From contig PBMY01000003.1 in assembly GCA_002722795.1 (NCBI GenBank), positions 13,848 to 77,847 of the forward strand: a DNA stretch of 64,000 nucleotides. The letters are read 5' to 3'. Below the pieces are notes generated by a model. It had not been told where the DNA came from, searched no databases, and saw only the letters and a list, made by a program, of their open reading frames with translations. A program made the translations under genes and the position numbers. Origin of the DNA: Crocinitomicaceae bacterium. Lineage in GTDB: Bacteria > Bacteroidota > Bacteroidia > Flavobacteriales_D > Sanyastnellaceae. Each line of letters begins with the position of its first letter. Positions within the stretch are counted from its first letter, which is position 1. Shown here one piece after another: positions 9,119-18,938 of the stretch.

Positions 9119-10352
9119 GGTTAAGCTTTCATATAAAAATCCCACATCAAGGATGAGGTATGGAGCCAAACTCTTGTTTGAGCATTGCCTTGGTATAGAT
9201 TATTGTTGGGTTGATGGCGATGAATATGAAAGTGTAGTTATTTCTTACAGAGATAAATCCCTAAACTCACCGCTTCACTCTTTAAGCTTTTCTCAAGATG
9301 AGCAAGCACTTTCTTCAGGCGTACAATTCCCTTGTGAGGTTTTAGGTGTGTCTGATTTGAATTACGACCCGTTTGCCTCTGCTGTGTTTATGGCTGCCGG
9401 GTGGGAGGAGATATATAGAGGGGATCATCTGAAAAAGGACCAACATAATAGATTTGTAGGTACTGAGTGTGATAAACCAGTTGTTGAGTTAATGGCAGTG
9501 GATCTTGCTAAAAAACTCGGGATTAAACCTGATACTACTAGGTATTCATACCAACCGACGATTGACGTTGATATTGCTTTTGCTTTTAAGGGAAGGTCAA
9601 TTTCTCGATCAATTTTGGCCTCGATTAGAGATTTTGTATTCCTAAGATGGGAGCGATTAGCCTTGAGGATTAAGTTGGTTTTAGGGAATAAAACAGATCC
9701 ATATGATACATATTCACGAATTGAAAATATTCATGAGTCGAATGGGTTAAAATCAAAGGCGTTCTTTTTGTGTGCCAACTATAATAGGCCATTCGATGTT
9801 GGTCTATCTAGAGAAGTAGTTGTAAAATTGATGCAAAATCTTCCCAAATGGGATGTTTATTGGCATCCTTCTTATTTAGCCATTGACAAACTGAATAATG
9901 ATGATTTAGACGGGTTTGTTTCTGAGAAAAACTCTTTTCCAGGAGAATCATCTGTAATGAGAGCTCATTTTTTAAGATGTGATGCAAGGCATTGGCCATA
10001 TCTAGTCAAAGCTGGCGTAAGCGAGGATTACTCTTTAGGTTATGCTGATAAGCCAGGTTTTAAATCTGGAATGTGTAGGCCGTACCCTGCTTTTGATTTA
10101 GTTGCAGATGTAGAATTACCTTTAACACTTCACCCAGTTATTGCGATGGACTCTTCTCTTAAGTCATACTTGAGTCTTAGCCCAAACCAAGCAGTAGAAT
10201 TAGTTGCAAAACTCAATGATGAAGTTAGAAATGTAGGTGGTCAAATGATTACTCTATTTCACAACACTTCAGTTTCTGATTTTGAGGAATGGAAGGGGTG
10301 GAGGCAAGCTTATGAAGAAATAGTTGACCTTTGCTCTAGACCGAACAACTAA
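9111..10352 (+). CDS. Conserved hypothetical protein, possibly of the deacetylase/glycoside-hydrolase-like barrel superfamily (not certain)
   Basis: 413-aa ORF overlapping the wecB stop by 8 nt. It has coding-like composition but I recognise no definitive motif. PTIDVDIAFAF and MRAHFLRC are vaguely CE4-like. Confidence 0.5.
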   Translation: MPKVKLSYKNPTSRMRYGAKLLFEHCLGIDYCWVDGDEYESVVISYRDKSLNSPLHSLSFSQDEQALSSGVQFPCEVLGVSDLNYDPFASAVFMAAGWEEIYRGDHLKKDQHNRFVGTECDKPVVELMAVDLAKKLGIKPDTTRYSYQPTIDVDIAFAFKGRSISRSILASIRDFVFLRWERLALRIKLVLGNKTDPYDTYSRIENIHESNGLKSKAFFLCANYNRPFDVGLSREVVVKLMQNLPKWDVYWHPSYLAIDKLNNDDLDGFVSEKNSFPGESSVMRAHFLRCDARHWPYLVKAGVSEDYSLGYADKPGFKSGMCRPYPAFDLVADVELPLTLHPVIAMDSSLKSYLSLSPNQAVELVAKLNDEVRNVGGQMITLFHNTSVSDFEEWKGWRQAYEEIVDLCSRPNN

Positions 10353-10792
10353 TGGAGATTCTATTTGATATAGCAATTTGGTGCATGATGTCTATCGTGA
10401 AGTTTCTTGTAACACCTTCAATTATGGTGGGGCTAGATTATTCAGTCTTGTTTACCATTTGTGTTACAACAGCAGGAGCTGCAATTGGAGTTCAGATATT
10501 CTATAATATGGGAAGGATGATTTTTGCTTGGTTTGACAAGAGAAAAGGCATTAAAAAGGAAAAGGTTATTACCCCAATGAAGAGGAAAATAGTTTCCTTT
10601 AAGAATGATTATGGGCTTGTCGGCTTACTAGTTGTTTCCGGGGTTATTTCAGTGCCAATTGCATCTGTACTTGTTGCCAAATACTTTGATAGAGATAAAA
10701 CCTCTGTTTGGCTTTTAACTTGTGCGTTTGCGATTTGGTCTGTTCTTTTAACTTTTGTGAGTCACTATTTAAAAACATGCGAATTCTTTTGA
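10352..10792 (+). CDS. Small integral membrane protein (about 4 hydrophobic segments), function unknown
   Basis: The start overlaps the upstream stop (TAATG). There are four hydrophobic stretches and a KRKGIKKEK loop. Confidence 0.5.
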   Translation: MEILFDIAIWCMMSIVKFLVTPSIMVGLDYSVLFTICVTTAGAAIGVQIFYNMGRMIFAWFDKRKGIKKEKVITPMKRKIVSFKNDYGLVGLLVVSGVISVPIASVLVAKYFDRDKTSVWLLTCAFAIWSVLLTFVSHYLKTCEFF

Positions 10793-10793
10793 T

Positions 10794-11492
10794 ATGAAAG
10801 TATTGTTTTGGGATTTGGATCATACGCTTTGGGATTTTAAGAAAAATTCTAGAGAAGCTCTAGCTGAAGGGTATGCTGAATTTAATCTTGACACATATGG
10901 CATAAGTGATGTGGAGCAGTACATTGAATCTTATGAGAAAGCTAACTCTTGGTGTTGGAATGAATACAGAGAGGGTAGGATGGAAAAGAGTGAACTCAGA
11001 GGAAGAAGATTCAAGATGGCAATGGAGCCTTGGGGTTTAAGTTCAGATATAGACATTGGTGAAAAACTTGGCCATCACTACATCCAAACTTCCCCCCTTA
11101 AAACACACCTTTTTGAAGGTTCAATTGAAGTTTTAACAAAGCTGCAACAACGTGGGCATCGCATGGTTATCCTAACAAATGGTTTTGATGAGGTACAACA
11201 TATAAAGGTTGAGAAATCAGGTCTTGCCAAATTCTTTGAGCAAATAATCACAAGTGATTCAATAGGTTTCAAAAAGCCTCACCCTCAAGCATTCAAAATA
11301 TCTCTTGAAAAAGTAGGAGTAGATGCAAAGGATGTTGTGATGATAGGGGATAATCTAGAAGCGGATATTTTAGGTGCTAAATCTGTTGGAATAGGCCAAA
11401 TCTTTTTCAACCCTTATTCTCATTATCATAACGAGACATTAGATTATGAAGTAAAAACACTTAGCGAAATATTAAGTATAGAATTACATTAG
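10794..11492 (+). CDS. HAD-superfamily hydrolase, subfamily IA (YjjG-like nucleotidase type)
   Basis: HAD motif I is WDLDHTLWDF, motif II is ILTNG, and motifs III/IV are K...GDNLEADILGA. Confidence 0.8.
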   Translation: MKVLFWDLDHTLWDFKKNSREALAEGYAEFNLDTYGISDVEQYIESYEKANSWCWNEYREGRMEKSELRGRRFKMAMEPWGLSSDIDIGEKLGHHYIQTSPLKTHLFEGSIEVLTKLQQRGHRMVILTNGFDEVQHIKVEKSGLAKFFEQIITSDSIGFKKPHPQAFKISLEKVGVDAKDVVMIGDNLEADILGAKSVGIGQIFFNPYSHYHNETLDYEVKTLSEILSIELH

Positions 11493-11496
11493 CGAT

Positions 11497-11814
11497 ATGG
11501 CAGAAAACAATAAAAAACCCAAGCTCAATATTGAGCTACCCGAAGAGGCAGCAGCAGGCATTTATTCCAACCTTGCTGTAATTACACACAGCCCTACTGA
11601 GTTTATTACAGATTTTATTCAGATAATGCCGGGCGTACCTAAGGCCAAAGTGAGATCACGTGTTATCATGACTCCACAACATGCTAAAAGGCTTATGAAG
11701 GCTCTAATTGAAAACGTAAAGAGATACGAATCTCAACACGGCACTATTTCAGAAGTAAGTGGGCCTGAGGCTACAATGCCTATGAACTTTGGCGGCCCTC
11801 AAGGGGAAGCTTAG
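11497..11814 (+). CDS. DUF3467 domain-containing protein
   Basis: IYSNLAVITHSPTEFITDFIQIMPG...RVIMTPQHAKRLMKAL is typical of DUF3467. Length is 105 aa. Confidence 0.7.
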   Translation: MAENNKKPKLNIELPEEAAAGIYSNLAVITHSPTEFITDFIQIMPGVPKAKVRSRVIMTPQHAKRLMKALIENVKRYESQHGTISEVSGPEATMPMNFGGPQGEA

Positions 11815-13076
11815 TTTTTATAGCTTCTATTGCCGTTTACTATTCCGTAAACTTCTCCAGTTAATTCTTCAGTGTTTTTCCAAGGATTGTTTACACCTGC
11901 TGAAACACCTGGGCAAGAGTGATTTCCTCTTGGATTGAAGAGTGTGAGTTTTGCTTCTGCGCCTTCACTTATGTGAACCTCAGGAATATTAAATATTCTT
12001 CTGTTGGCGTTTGATATTGCATCAATAACTCTAGTGATATTTGCCTTGTCGCATGCTGTAAGAACAGCTGAAAAGGTGCTAGATATTCCTGCTATTCCAT
12101 TGGGGCTAAGCAAAAATTCAACATCGTTGTTTTCTAGGTTTTCAGGTCTGTGATCTGAACATACACCATCAATTACCCCATCTGCTAATGCAGTGCGTAA
12201 TGCTTTTCTATCAGCTTTTTCTCTAAGCGGTGGTTCAACTTTGAATGTTCCATCGAAGCATGCTATTTCTTCGTCAGTGAACATAAGATGATGAGGCGTA
12301 GTTGAAGCTGTGATTGCAAGCCCTTTCTTTTTTGCATCCTTAATTAGCTTAACACTTTCAGCTGATGAAACAATTGGGATGTGAAGTCTGCCTCCTGTGT
12401 ATTCGAGTATGTTGATGTCTCGTTTTAGTCGCATGGTTTCCGCTTCAGAGGGGCTTCCTTTTAAGCCCAAAGCTGTACTCATCGCTCCCTCGTGCATCGT
12501 CGCTCCTGGATTGATGTCTTTTTCTAATGGTTGTATTACTAAGATGTCACCCGACGGTCTTAAGTACTGTAATGCCATTTGGATTAATCCAGCTCTCTCG
12601 ATTGGCCCGTCGTCACTGAAGCCTATTGCTCCTGCTTCCGCCATATCCAGCATTTCTGCTAGCTGCAATCCCTCTCTGTTCTCTGAGATACATCCGAGTG
12701 GGTGAGCGTCAGTTGCAGAACCGCCTGCAATGCTTCTGTTTTTTAAATAAGCTACAGCAGCCTTATTATCAATCGTTGGGTTTGTCGATGGAAGTATTGC
12801 AACGTCTGTAAATCCACCTGCAGCTGCAGCATCTAATCCCCTTAAAAGCCCTTCTTTTAGTTCTTCACCCGGGTCACGGAAATGTGCTTGACCATCCATC
12901 CATCCTGGAGAGACGCAAAGGTTAGGTTTGGACCAAACCTCAGATTTCCTTGGTTTTAAGTTTTTTCCAATTTCAGTAATAATCCCGTTTTTTATTCTTA
13001 AGGAAGCTTTTTTGCCGTTGAATGATCCTCCAAGATCAATAATTCTAGCGTCTTTGATTAGGATGTTGCTTTCCAT
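11811..13076 (-). CDS. Dihydroorotase-family (amidohydrolase) protein with degenerate metal-binding site, probably non-catalytic
   Basis: It aligns by eye with type-I PyrC: VSPGWMDGQAHFRDPG against VSPGFVDLHVHFREPG, also FSDDG, TPHHL and SDHRPE. HxH has become QAH, the AHCED His has become Q, and the CHIS His has become I. I placed the start at ATG 13076 (MESNILIKDARIIDL). Confidence 0.72.
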   Translation of the reverse strand: MESNILIKDARIIDLGGSFNGKKASLRIKNGIITEIGKNLKPRKSEVWSKPNLCVSPGWMDGQAHFRDPGEELKEGLLRGLDAAAAGGFTDVAILPSTNPTIDNKAAVAYLKNRSIAGGSATDAHPLGCISENREGLQLAEMLDMAEAGAIGFSDDGPIERAGLIQMALQYLRPSGDILVIQPLEKDINPGATMHEGAMSTALGLKGSPSEAETMRLKRDINILEYTGGRLHIPIVSSAESVKLIKDAKKKGLAITASTTPHHLMFTDEEIACFDGTFKVEPPLREKADRKALRTALADGVIDGVCSDHRPENLENNDVEFLLSPNGIAGISSTFSAVLTACDKANITRVIDAISNANRRIFNIPEVHISEGAEAKLTLFNPRGNHSCPGVSAGVNNPWKNTEELTGEVYGIVNGNRSYKN

Positions 13077-15124
13077 CTTTTTTGTAACAAAGTTTCGCCT
13101 GTTAGGGCTAATAATACGACGAGCACAAGGTACCACCAAAGGTGCTTACCCGATTCTATATTGTTGATTAGAGTGATTAGGTTGGTTTGGTTTACTTCTA
13201 AAACAGATGCTTTATCCCAAACCATTTTTTCCAATTCCTTCCTAAAACCTGGCACATCCCAGGACTCGGGGTCCGATTCAACCCTATTTGAATTTACTCC
13301 AAGAGTTCCAATCTCATTCCCATTTACAAGAAGGCAATAATTTCCTGGATGCGTAAGAGCTGGACCCATCATTATCCTTGTTGAACCCTCTAAACTTCTG
13401 GTTTCAGGAATAATGGAAGCTATGCTATCAGTGGAAATCACCCTTACCTCGGCACCTATTTCTATCTCATCCCTCATTCTAATTGAGTTGTCCTCACCTA
13501 GTGTAAGTGCTCTAATTTCTGAAGTTCTCGAAGTCTCCACCATTCTCAAAACTATTGGCACAAATAGCGCGTGAGAAGTAAGATTACTTACTTCTTTACT
13601 GAGAGGCATGCCTAAAAGAAACCCTATACCTCTTCCAATTTCAGTCCTAGCTAAAAGGTGTTCGCCATTCCAATTACTCCCCAACCTCTGTACTTTAGCT
13701 TTTGACCTGTAGCTAAGAGCATACATTGATTTGGGAAGATCTATTTTTGATGGTGTGCTAGAAAATACGCCATCAAAATGTGGGTTCTTCACATTCAATC
13801 CCCTAGCACTCAACATTTCTTTAGAAGTAACCCAATGAAAATCGTCACCAAACCCTAGCGAGCTCATCAGAAGTTCCGCCCTTGGATTAATTTCATTGGT
13901 GTCCGGAATCACAAGCACAGCACCACCTTCCTCGGCGAAAGCCTTCAATCTGTTCGAATATCCATTTGATGGACTATTCACTCCATTAGAAATTATAAGG
14001 TCGTATGCCTGCAATTCCGCATCTTCAGGCAAGGCAATACTGTTATTAATTTCAATACTTACCTTGTTTGAATTACAAACTCTTGTTATGCTAGTAGCTT
14101 CTTCTGATTCAGCATCACTAACAATTTGCAGTACTCTAATTTTCTGTACAACCTTAAACCCTATATAGTAATCATTATCAAATTTGATAGGGCTATCGTC
14201 GATTGAAATTTTGGCGTGGTACTGCCCAGGGTTTTCAAACCTAAATTTCATTATCGTATCAGTTGCCATCCCTGGCGAGATATTATAGGTTCCAACGGCT
14301 TTTCTCTTTCCATTTACGTCAAGCCTCATACTCAATCCCTCAACCACCGATGTGGCATTATGCCTAAGTCTAAGGTTAAGTTCGGCCTGCTTTCCAACCG
14401 TGGCAATTGGGGAACTGAACCATGCTGAATCGACCCAAATATTTGGTCTAACATTAGCGAATGAAGGTATAAAGTGAATTCTCAAGCTCGTATCAGGCTC
14501 GTATCCTCCACCCAAATAGTGTGTGCTTTTTTGCAAGTCACTCAAGTAGTATAAAACCTTGTTGTGACCAATTGCTTTTGAGACATTATCGGATGTTCTG
14601 CTCACCACAGCGTCTACATTTCTTGCCATTGTTGACTCCTTGATTCTAGCGATTTTATCCGAGCATTCCTCTTTTGTTAAGTATCTAGAATCAATACCGA
14701 AAAAATCATTTGTCATTACATGGAAGCGGTCAGTTTCAGGATACTGTTCAACTATTGCAAGTGCGTTTGATTTGGCAGTTTGTAGTAGGGTTCCATTTTC
14801 TCCAATAGCCTGCATTGACGGGCTATTGTCTATATAAAGGCTTATTATATTTCTTGATTGTTTGGTCCCATTTTCATCATCATTAAAAGGAATGAATGGG
14901 TCAGCGAAGGCTATAACTAAAGATCCGAAAGCTAGAAGTCGAATTAAAAGAATTAGAAAGTTTTTAAGTCTTTGGTGCGACTTTGCCTCTTTGTTTACAT
15001 CAGATAGGAAGCTAACGTTGGAAAATTTTACTTCCTTGTATCTTCTTAGTTGCAGAAGATGGATTAATACGGGAATGACTAATGCCGTTAAGGCCCAAAG
15101 CATATCAGGTTTTCCCCACTCCAT
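13058..15124 (-). CDS. BatA-domain (aerotolerance-regulator N-terminal double-TM) membrane protein
   Basis: N-terminus PDMLWALTALVIPVLIHLLQLRRYKEVKFSNVSFL is the TIGR02226-type double-TM motif. There is a C-terminal TM. Length is 688 aa. Confidence 0.72.
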   Translation of the reverse strand: MEWGKPDMLWALTALVIPVLIHLLQLRRYKEVKFSNVSFLSDVNKEAKSHQRLKNFLILLIRLLAFGSLVIAFADPFIPFNDDENGTKQSRNIISLYIDNSPSMQAIGENGTLLQTAKSNALAIVEQYPETDRFHVMTNDFFGIDSRYLTKEECSDKIARIKESTMARNVDAVVSRTSDNVSKAIGHNKVLYYLSDLQKSTHYLGGGYEPDTSLRIHFIPSFANVRPNIWVDSAWFSSPIATVGKQAELNLRLRHNATSVVEGLSMRLDVNGKRKAVGTYNISPGMATDTIMKFRFENPGQYHAKISIDDSPIKFDNDYYIGFKVVQKIRVLQIVSDAESEEATSITRVCNSNKVSIEINNSIALPEDAELQAYDLIISNGVNSPSNGYSNRLKAFAEEGGAVLVIPDTNEINPRAELLMSSLGFGDDFHWVTSKEMLSARGLNVKNPHFDGVFSSTPSKIDLPKSMYALSYRSKAKVQRLGSNWNGEHLLARTEIGRGIGFLLGMPLSKEVSNLTSHALFVPIVLRMVETSRTSEIRALTLGEDNSIRMRDEIEIGAEVRVISTDSIASIIPETRSLEGSTRIMMGPALTHPGNYCLLVNGNEIGTLGVNSNRVESDPESWDVPGFRKELEKMVWDKASVLEVNQTNLITLINNIESGKHLWWYLVLVVLLALTGETLLQKRWKATS

Positions 15125-15161
15125 TTCGGTTGCAAAGTTACTTCTTTCCGACCTTTATCAT

Positions 15162-15953
15162 ATGAATATTTCAAAGTTGACCAAAACTGAGTTGAAAGAT
15201 TTCCTTGATGAGAAGGTTTTGCAATTTGAAACTCCTGACTTTATTCCTCATGATCCCATTTCAATTCCCCATATGTTTTCCGACCCCAAGGATGTTGAGA
15301 TTGCTGGGTTTTTGGCTGCTACCATAGCTTGGGGTAAAAGAAAAATGATTCTTAGAAATGCTCATTCTTTGATGGAAAGAATGGACCATGAGCCATATGA
15401 TTTTATTATGAATTTCGAGGATTCTGATGCAGTAGCATTTGACGGATTCGTACACAGAACATTCCAGCCTGAGGATGTTTTTTACTTTATGAAGGCTCTT
15501 CAAAGACTAATTCGTAAGCATGGATCTATTGAATCCATAATTTCATCACATTGGATTTCTTCAGGTAGGCCAAATAACCTCAAAGATACCCTGAGCCACT
15601 TCCACACACAATTTTTTGATCAACCACACGCTCCCCGCTCGAGAAAGCACGTTGCCAATCCCGCAAAAGGCTCTGCTGCAAAACGACTCAACATGTACCT
15701 ACGATGGATGGTTAGATCTTCAGAAAAAGGGGTGGATCTAGGAATTTGGAAGGAAATCCCCTCAAGTGTCTTAAGCATTCCTCTTGACGTTCATACCTCA
15801 GGTGTTGGTAGACAGTTTGGGCTTCTAACTAGAAAGCAAAACGACTGGATGGCAGTTGCAGAATACGATGAAAAACTAAGAGATATGGATCCAATTGATC
15901 CAGTAAAGTATGACTTTGCTCTGTTTAGTTTAGGTGCTGTAGAAGGATTTTAG
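15162..15953 (+). CDS. TIGR02757-family (DUF2400) protein
   Basis: DPISIPHMFSDPKDVEIAGFLAATIAWGKRKMI ... LDVHTSGVGRQFGLL matches this family. I moved the start to ATG 15162 because the upstream part of the listed ORF lies antisense inside the BatA-like gene. Confidence 0.72.
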   Translation: MNISKLTKTELKDFLDEKVLQFETPDFIPHDPISIPHMFSDPKDVEIAGFLAATIAWGKRKMILRNAHSLMERMDHEPYDFIMNFEDSDAVAFDGFVHRTFQPEDVFYFMKALQRLIRKHGSIESIISSHWISSGRPNNLKDTLSHFHTQFFDQPHAPRSRKHVANPAKGSAAKRLNMYLRWMVRSSEKGVDLGIWKEIPSSVLSIPLDVHTSGVGRQFGLLTRKQNDWMAVAEYDEKLRDMDPIDPVKYDFALFSLGAVEGF

Positions 15954-16531
15954 CCTATTAGACCTAATCTATTTTCTATACAATCCCTGATGCGGTTAAC
16001 TAGTTGGTCAGGGGCGTAGGTTCTCCAACCAAATTCACTAAGCTCACCACCCATTACAAAGTAGCTATCCAAATCAATTGACGACATATCTTCAATTACA
16101 TGCTTGTTGAAGTTTAGAAGTGCTATCCATCCATCATTATCCATTACTTCTTCAAACCACTCTTCGTAATAACTATCATCACTGTAATGAAAGTTTAAGA
16201 CATTTTCTCCTATCAATATAAACTTGCAAATCCCTTCGTTTTGAAGGCAATCGACGATGTCTCTCTTAAGCCTCATTATGTCATTGTGAAGGCAATCGTT
16301 CCATTCGCCTAGCAATTCAATAATCGCGCTTTCCTCTTCGTAATCAACCCAAAGAATTTTTATAAAAAGAGTTTGGGACCCGATACTATCCCATTGTGGA
16401 TGAATGTAATGGTCATAAATCTTCATATGGTAGCTCATCTCATTGTAAATTCTCTCAAAGAATGGGCTTTTAGGGTCTTCGCTAGCAACATAGTGGTTGC
16501 GCCACGCATAATATGGCTCTATAGTGTGCAT
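15950..16531 (-). CDS. Conserved hypothetical cytoplasmic protein
   Basis: 193-aa ORF with an ATG start and coding-like composition. Its 3' end overlaps the converging TIGR02757-family gene's 3' end by 4 nt. I recognise no family motif. Confidence 0.5.
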   Translation of the reverse strand: MHTIEPYYAWRNHYVASEDPKSPFFERIYNEMSYHMKIYDHYIHPQWDSIGSQTLFIKILWVDYEEESAIIELLGEWNDCLHNDIMRLKRDIVDCLQNEGICKFILIGENVLNFHYSDDSYYEEWFEEVMDNDGWIALLNFNKHVIEDMSSIDLDSYFVMGGELSEFGWRTYAPDQLVNRIRDCIENRLGLIG

Positions 16532-16537
16532 ACTAGT

Positions 16538-17350
16538 TTATCCCTGATGCGCCTTTATGGCGTTCCTAACGCTACCGTGCTTGAGTAATAATTCCTCAGC
16601 TTTTTCAGCCCTCACCCCAATTGCTTCAACTACCATTCTAATTCCCCTTTCAACAAGCTTATCATTTGAAAGTTGCATGTCCACCATTCTGTTCCCTTTA
16701 ACGTGACCTAGCTTAATCATCGTTATGGTGGTGATCATGTTAAGTACGAGCTTAGTGGCAGTACCAGCCTTTAATCGAGTAGAGCCAGCTACAAATTCTG
16801 GACCTGTGATTGCTTCAATTGGATAGTCAGAGTGTTCAGTAACAGCTGTATTTGGATTACAAGTAACACAACTAGTTAGAATACCGTTCAACCTTGCTCT
16901 TTTTAATGCCCCAACTACATATGGTGTTCTTCCGCTGGCAGCAATACCCACAACTGTATCATTCTCGCCAATGTCGTTTGATAATAAGTCATCCCAACCC
17001 TGAGTCTCACTATCTTCAGCTCCTTCAACTGCTTTTCGTATTGCTGAATCACCCCCGGCTATTAGTCCAACAACTCTTCCGTGGTCTACCCCAAATGTTG
17101 GAGGACATTCGCTAGCGTCGACCACTCCTAATCTACCACTTGTCCCGGCTCCAACGTAAAACAATCTACCACCAATAGACATTCTTAGAACTAATTGTTC
17201 AACAAAAGATTCAATTTGACTTAGGCAATTGCTAACTGCGTCTAATGCCTCAGCATCGACGCTATTCATAGCAGAAACAAGTTGGCCCACACTCATTTGG
17301 TGGAGTCCATCGTACTTTCCGCTTTGCTCTGTTGGTGGAAGTTTTGACAT
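16538..17350 (-). CDS. murQ: N-acetylmuramic acid 6-phosphate etherase
   Basis: SIS-domain motifs are GAGTSGRLGVVDASECPPTFG, IAASGRTPYV and GSTRLKAGTATK. The start is ATG 17350, which overlaps the aroE stop (TAATG). Confidence 0.85.
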   Translation of the reverse strand: MSKLPPTEQSGKYDGLHQMSVGQLVSAMNSVDAEALDAVSNCLSQIESFVEQLVLRMSIGGRLFYVGAGTSGRLGVVDASECPPTFGVDHGRVVGLIAGGDSAIRKAVEGAEDSETQGWDDLLSNDIGENDTVVGIAASGRTPYVVGALKRARLNGILTSCVTCNPNTAVTEHSDYPIEAITGPEFVAGSTRLKAGTATKLVLNMITTITMIKLGHVKGNRMVDMQLSNDKLVERGIRMVVEAIGVRAEKAEELLLKHGSVRNAIKAHQG

Positions 17351-18090
17351 TACAATCCGTATTCTAACCAAATTTCAAGTGAACGCTCAGCTTGAAGGCG
17401 TAGCATATCAGCCCCGTTCATTACTTTTGCCCCTTGAGACTTTGATCTTTTCATAAAAGTCGTTTCCTCAGGATTATAGACCAAATCAACAGCAAGGTGA
17501 TTTTCTGTAACTCCTTCCCAAGGGATGTCCACACAGTCCTCAATTTTAGGATAAGTGCCAAGGGGAGTGCAGTTTACAAGAAGTAAATAATGTGCCATAG
17601 CCTCTGATGTAAGTTCATCATATCCAATTTGCCCATCTGAAGGAGTTCGGCTAACAACTACAGTCTTAATTCCAAGTTTGGCTAGAGAATAAACTACAGC
17701 CTTAGATGCTCCGCCACTTCCAAACACTATGGCCCTTTCGTGTCGTCCTTTTATGAATGGTTTCAGGGATTTGCTAAAACCGAATGAATCTGTATTGTAT
17801 CCCTTCCATCCATTTTCAGTTTTAACTATAGTGTTTACAGCACCAATAGCTTTTGCTTCTTCGTCTAAATAACACAACTTGTCAATAACGCTTTGTTTAT
17901 GAGGAATTGTGACATTTAATCCAATTAGACCCTCTTCAAATTTAATAATTTCTTCAAACTCATCAATATTCTCTACATCAAATGCTTTGTACTCAACATC
18001 AGATTTACCAATTGATGCGAGTTTGGTCTTAAAAAAATGAGGCGATTTACTATGCCCAACAGGATGACCTATGAGCCCAAGCTTAATCAT
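17350..18090 (-). CDS. aroE: Shikimate 5-dehydrogenase
   Basis: Matching blocks are GLIGHPVGHSKSPHFF, GLNVTIPHK, GYNTD and GSGGASKAV. Confidence 0.85.
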   Translation of the reverse strand: MIKLGLIGHPVGHSKSPHFFKTKLASIGKSDVEYKAFDVENIDEFEEIIKFEEGLIGLNVTIPHKQSVIDKLCYLDEEAKAIGAVNTIVKTENGWKGYNTDSFGFSKSLKPFIKGRHERAIVFGSGGASKAVVYSLAKLGIKTVVVSRTPSDGQIGYDELTSEAMAHYLLLVNCTPLGTYPKIEDCVDIPWEGVTENHLAVDLVYNPEETTFMKRSKSQGAKVMNGADMLRLQAERSLEIWLEYGL

Positions 18091-18938
18091 TTGCTTGATA
18101 GCTTGCTAAGACCTGTCACAACTCCTGCACCAACAATAATCCAAACCAACACAAGTCCAGATTCAACTCCATTATTTTCAGCAATAATTGTGCATTTCCA
18201 AGGCCAAAGTACATGTAAAGCACCAAGCATAAACCCAACTAAGGTGCTTAGGGTTTGATCATGGTAATTTTCGAGAATTCGTTTTAATAGTCTGCTAAAT
18301 GCAAGGATTCCAACAACAATTCCCAATATAAATGCACATATTACAACTATGTCAAACCCTGCTAAAGCAGAAATCAAAGGGGTGTATGCTCCTAGAACGA
18401 GTAAAATAAAACTTCCGCTAATTCCAGGTAAAATCATGGCGCTTATTGCAATTGCTCCACTCAAAGCAATGAACAGGAGAGAGGATGTTTCAACTGCAGG
18501 GGGAAGGTTTGTTAGAACAGCAGCAATTAAAATCCCCCCAGCTACAAATAAATAGTTGATGATAGATTTAGAATTAACTGAACGCCAAATTATAGGCGTT
18601 GATGCTAAAACTAGTCCTAGGAAGAAGCTGCTTAAATGTTCAGGATGATTTTCTTGAAGGAAGTGAATTGCATTTGACAGAGTTAATACAGCACATACAA
18701 TTCCAACAAAAAGTGCTACAAGGAAATTGAAGTTGTATTTCTTCCATGTGCTAACTAATCCTTCTTTGAAAAGATCAACAACAGTAGATGGTCCAAGACC
18801 TGCAATTGTGTTTATGAGCTCTTCGTAAATCCCGGTAATAAAAGCAATTGTTCCTCCGCTTACACCAGGCACAAGGTCGGCAGTACCCATTGCGAATCCC
18901 TTTGCAATAAGTTTGGCCCAATCTATTGATGTCCTCAT
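18087..18938 (-). CDS. DUF368-family membrane protein (family recently linked to undecaprenyl-phosphate translocation, PopT)
   Basis: Polytopic membrane protein with the duplicated motif PGVSGGT.. / PGISGSF.. typical of DUF368. Confidence 0.78.
   Translation of the reverse strand: MRTSIDWAKLIAKGFAMGTADLVPGVSGGTIAFITGIYEELINTIAGLGPSTVVDLFKEGLVSTWKKYNFNFLVALFVGIVCAVLTLSNAIHFLQENHPEHLSSFFLGLVLASTPIIWRSVNSKSIINYLFVAGGILIAAVLTNLPPAVETSSLLFIALSGAIAISAMILPGISGSFILLVLGAYTPLISALAGFDIVVICAFILGIVVGILAFSRLLKRILENYHDQTLSTLVGFMLGALHVLWPWKCTIIAENNGVESGLVLVWIIVGAGVVTGLSKLSSK

Noticed and set aside
14862-15161. 100-codon N-terminal extension of the TIGR02757-family ORF.
   Set aside because: It overlaps the BatA-like gene on the opposite strand. 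Family-like sequence only begins at ATG 15162 (MNISKLTKTELKDF...).
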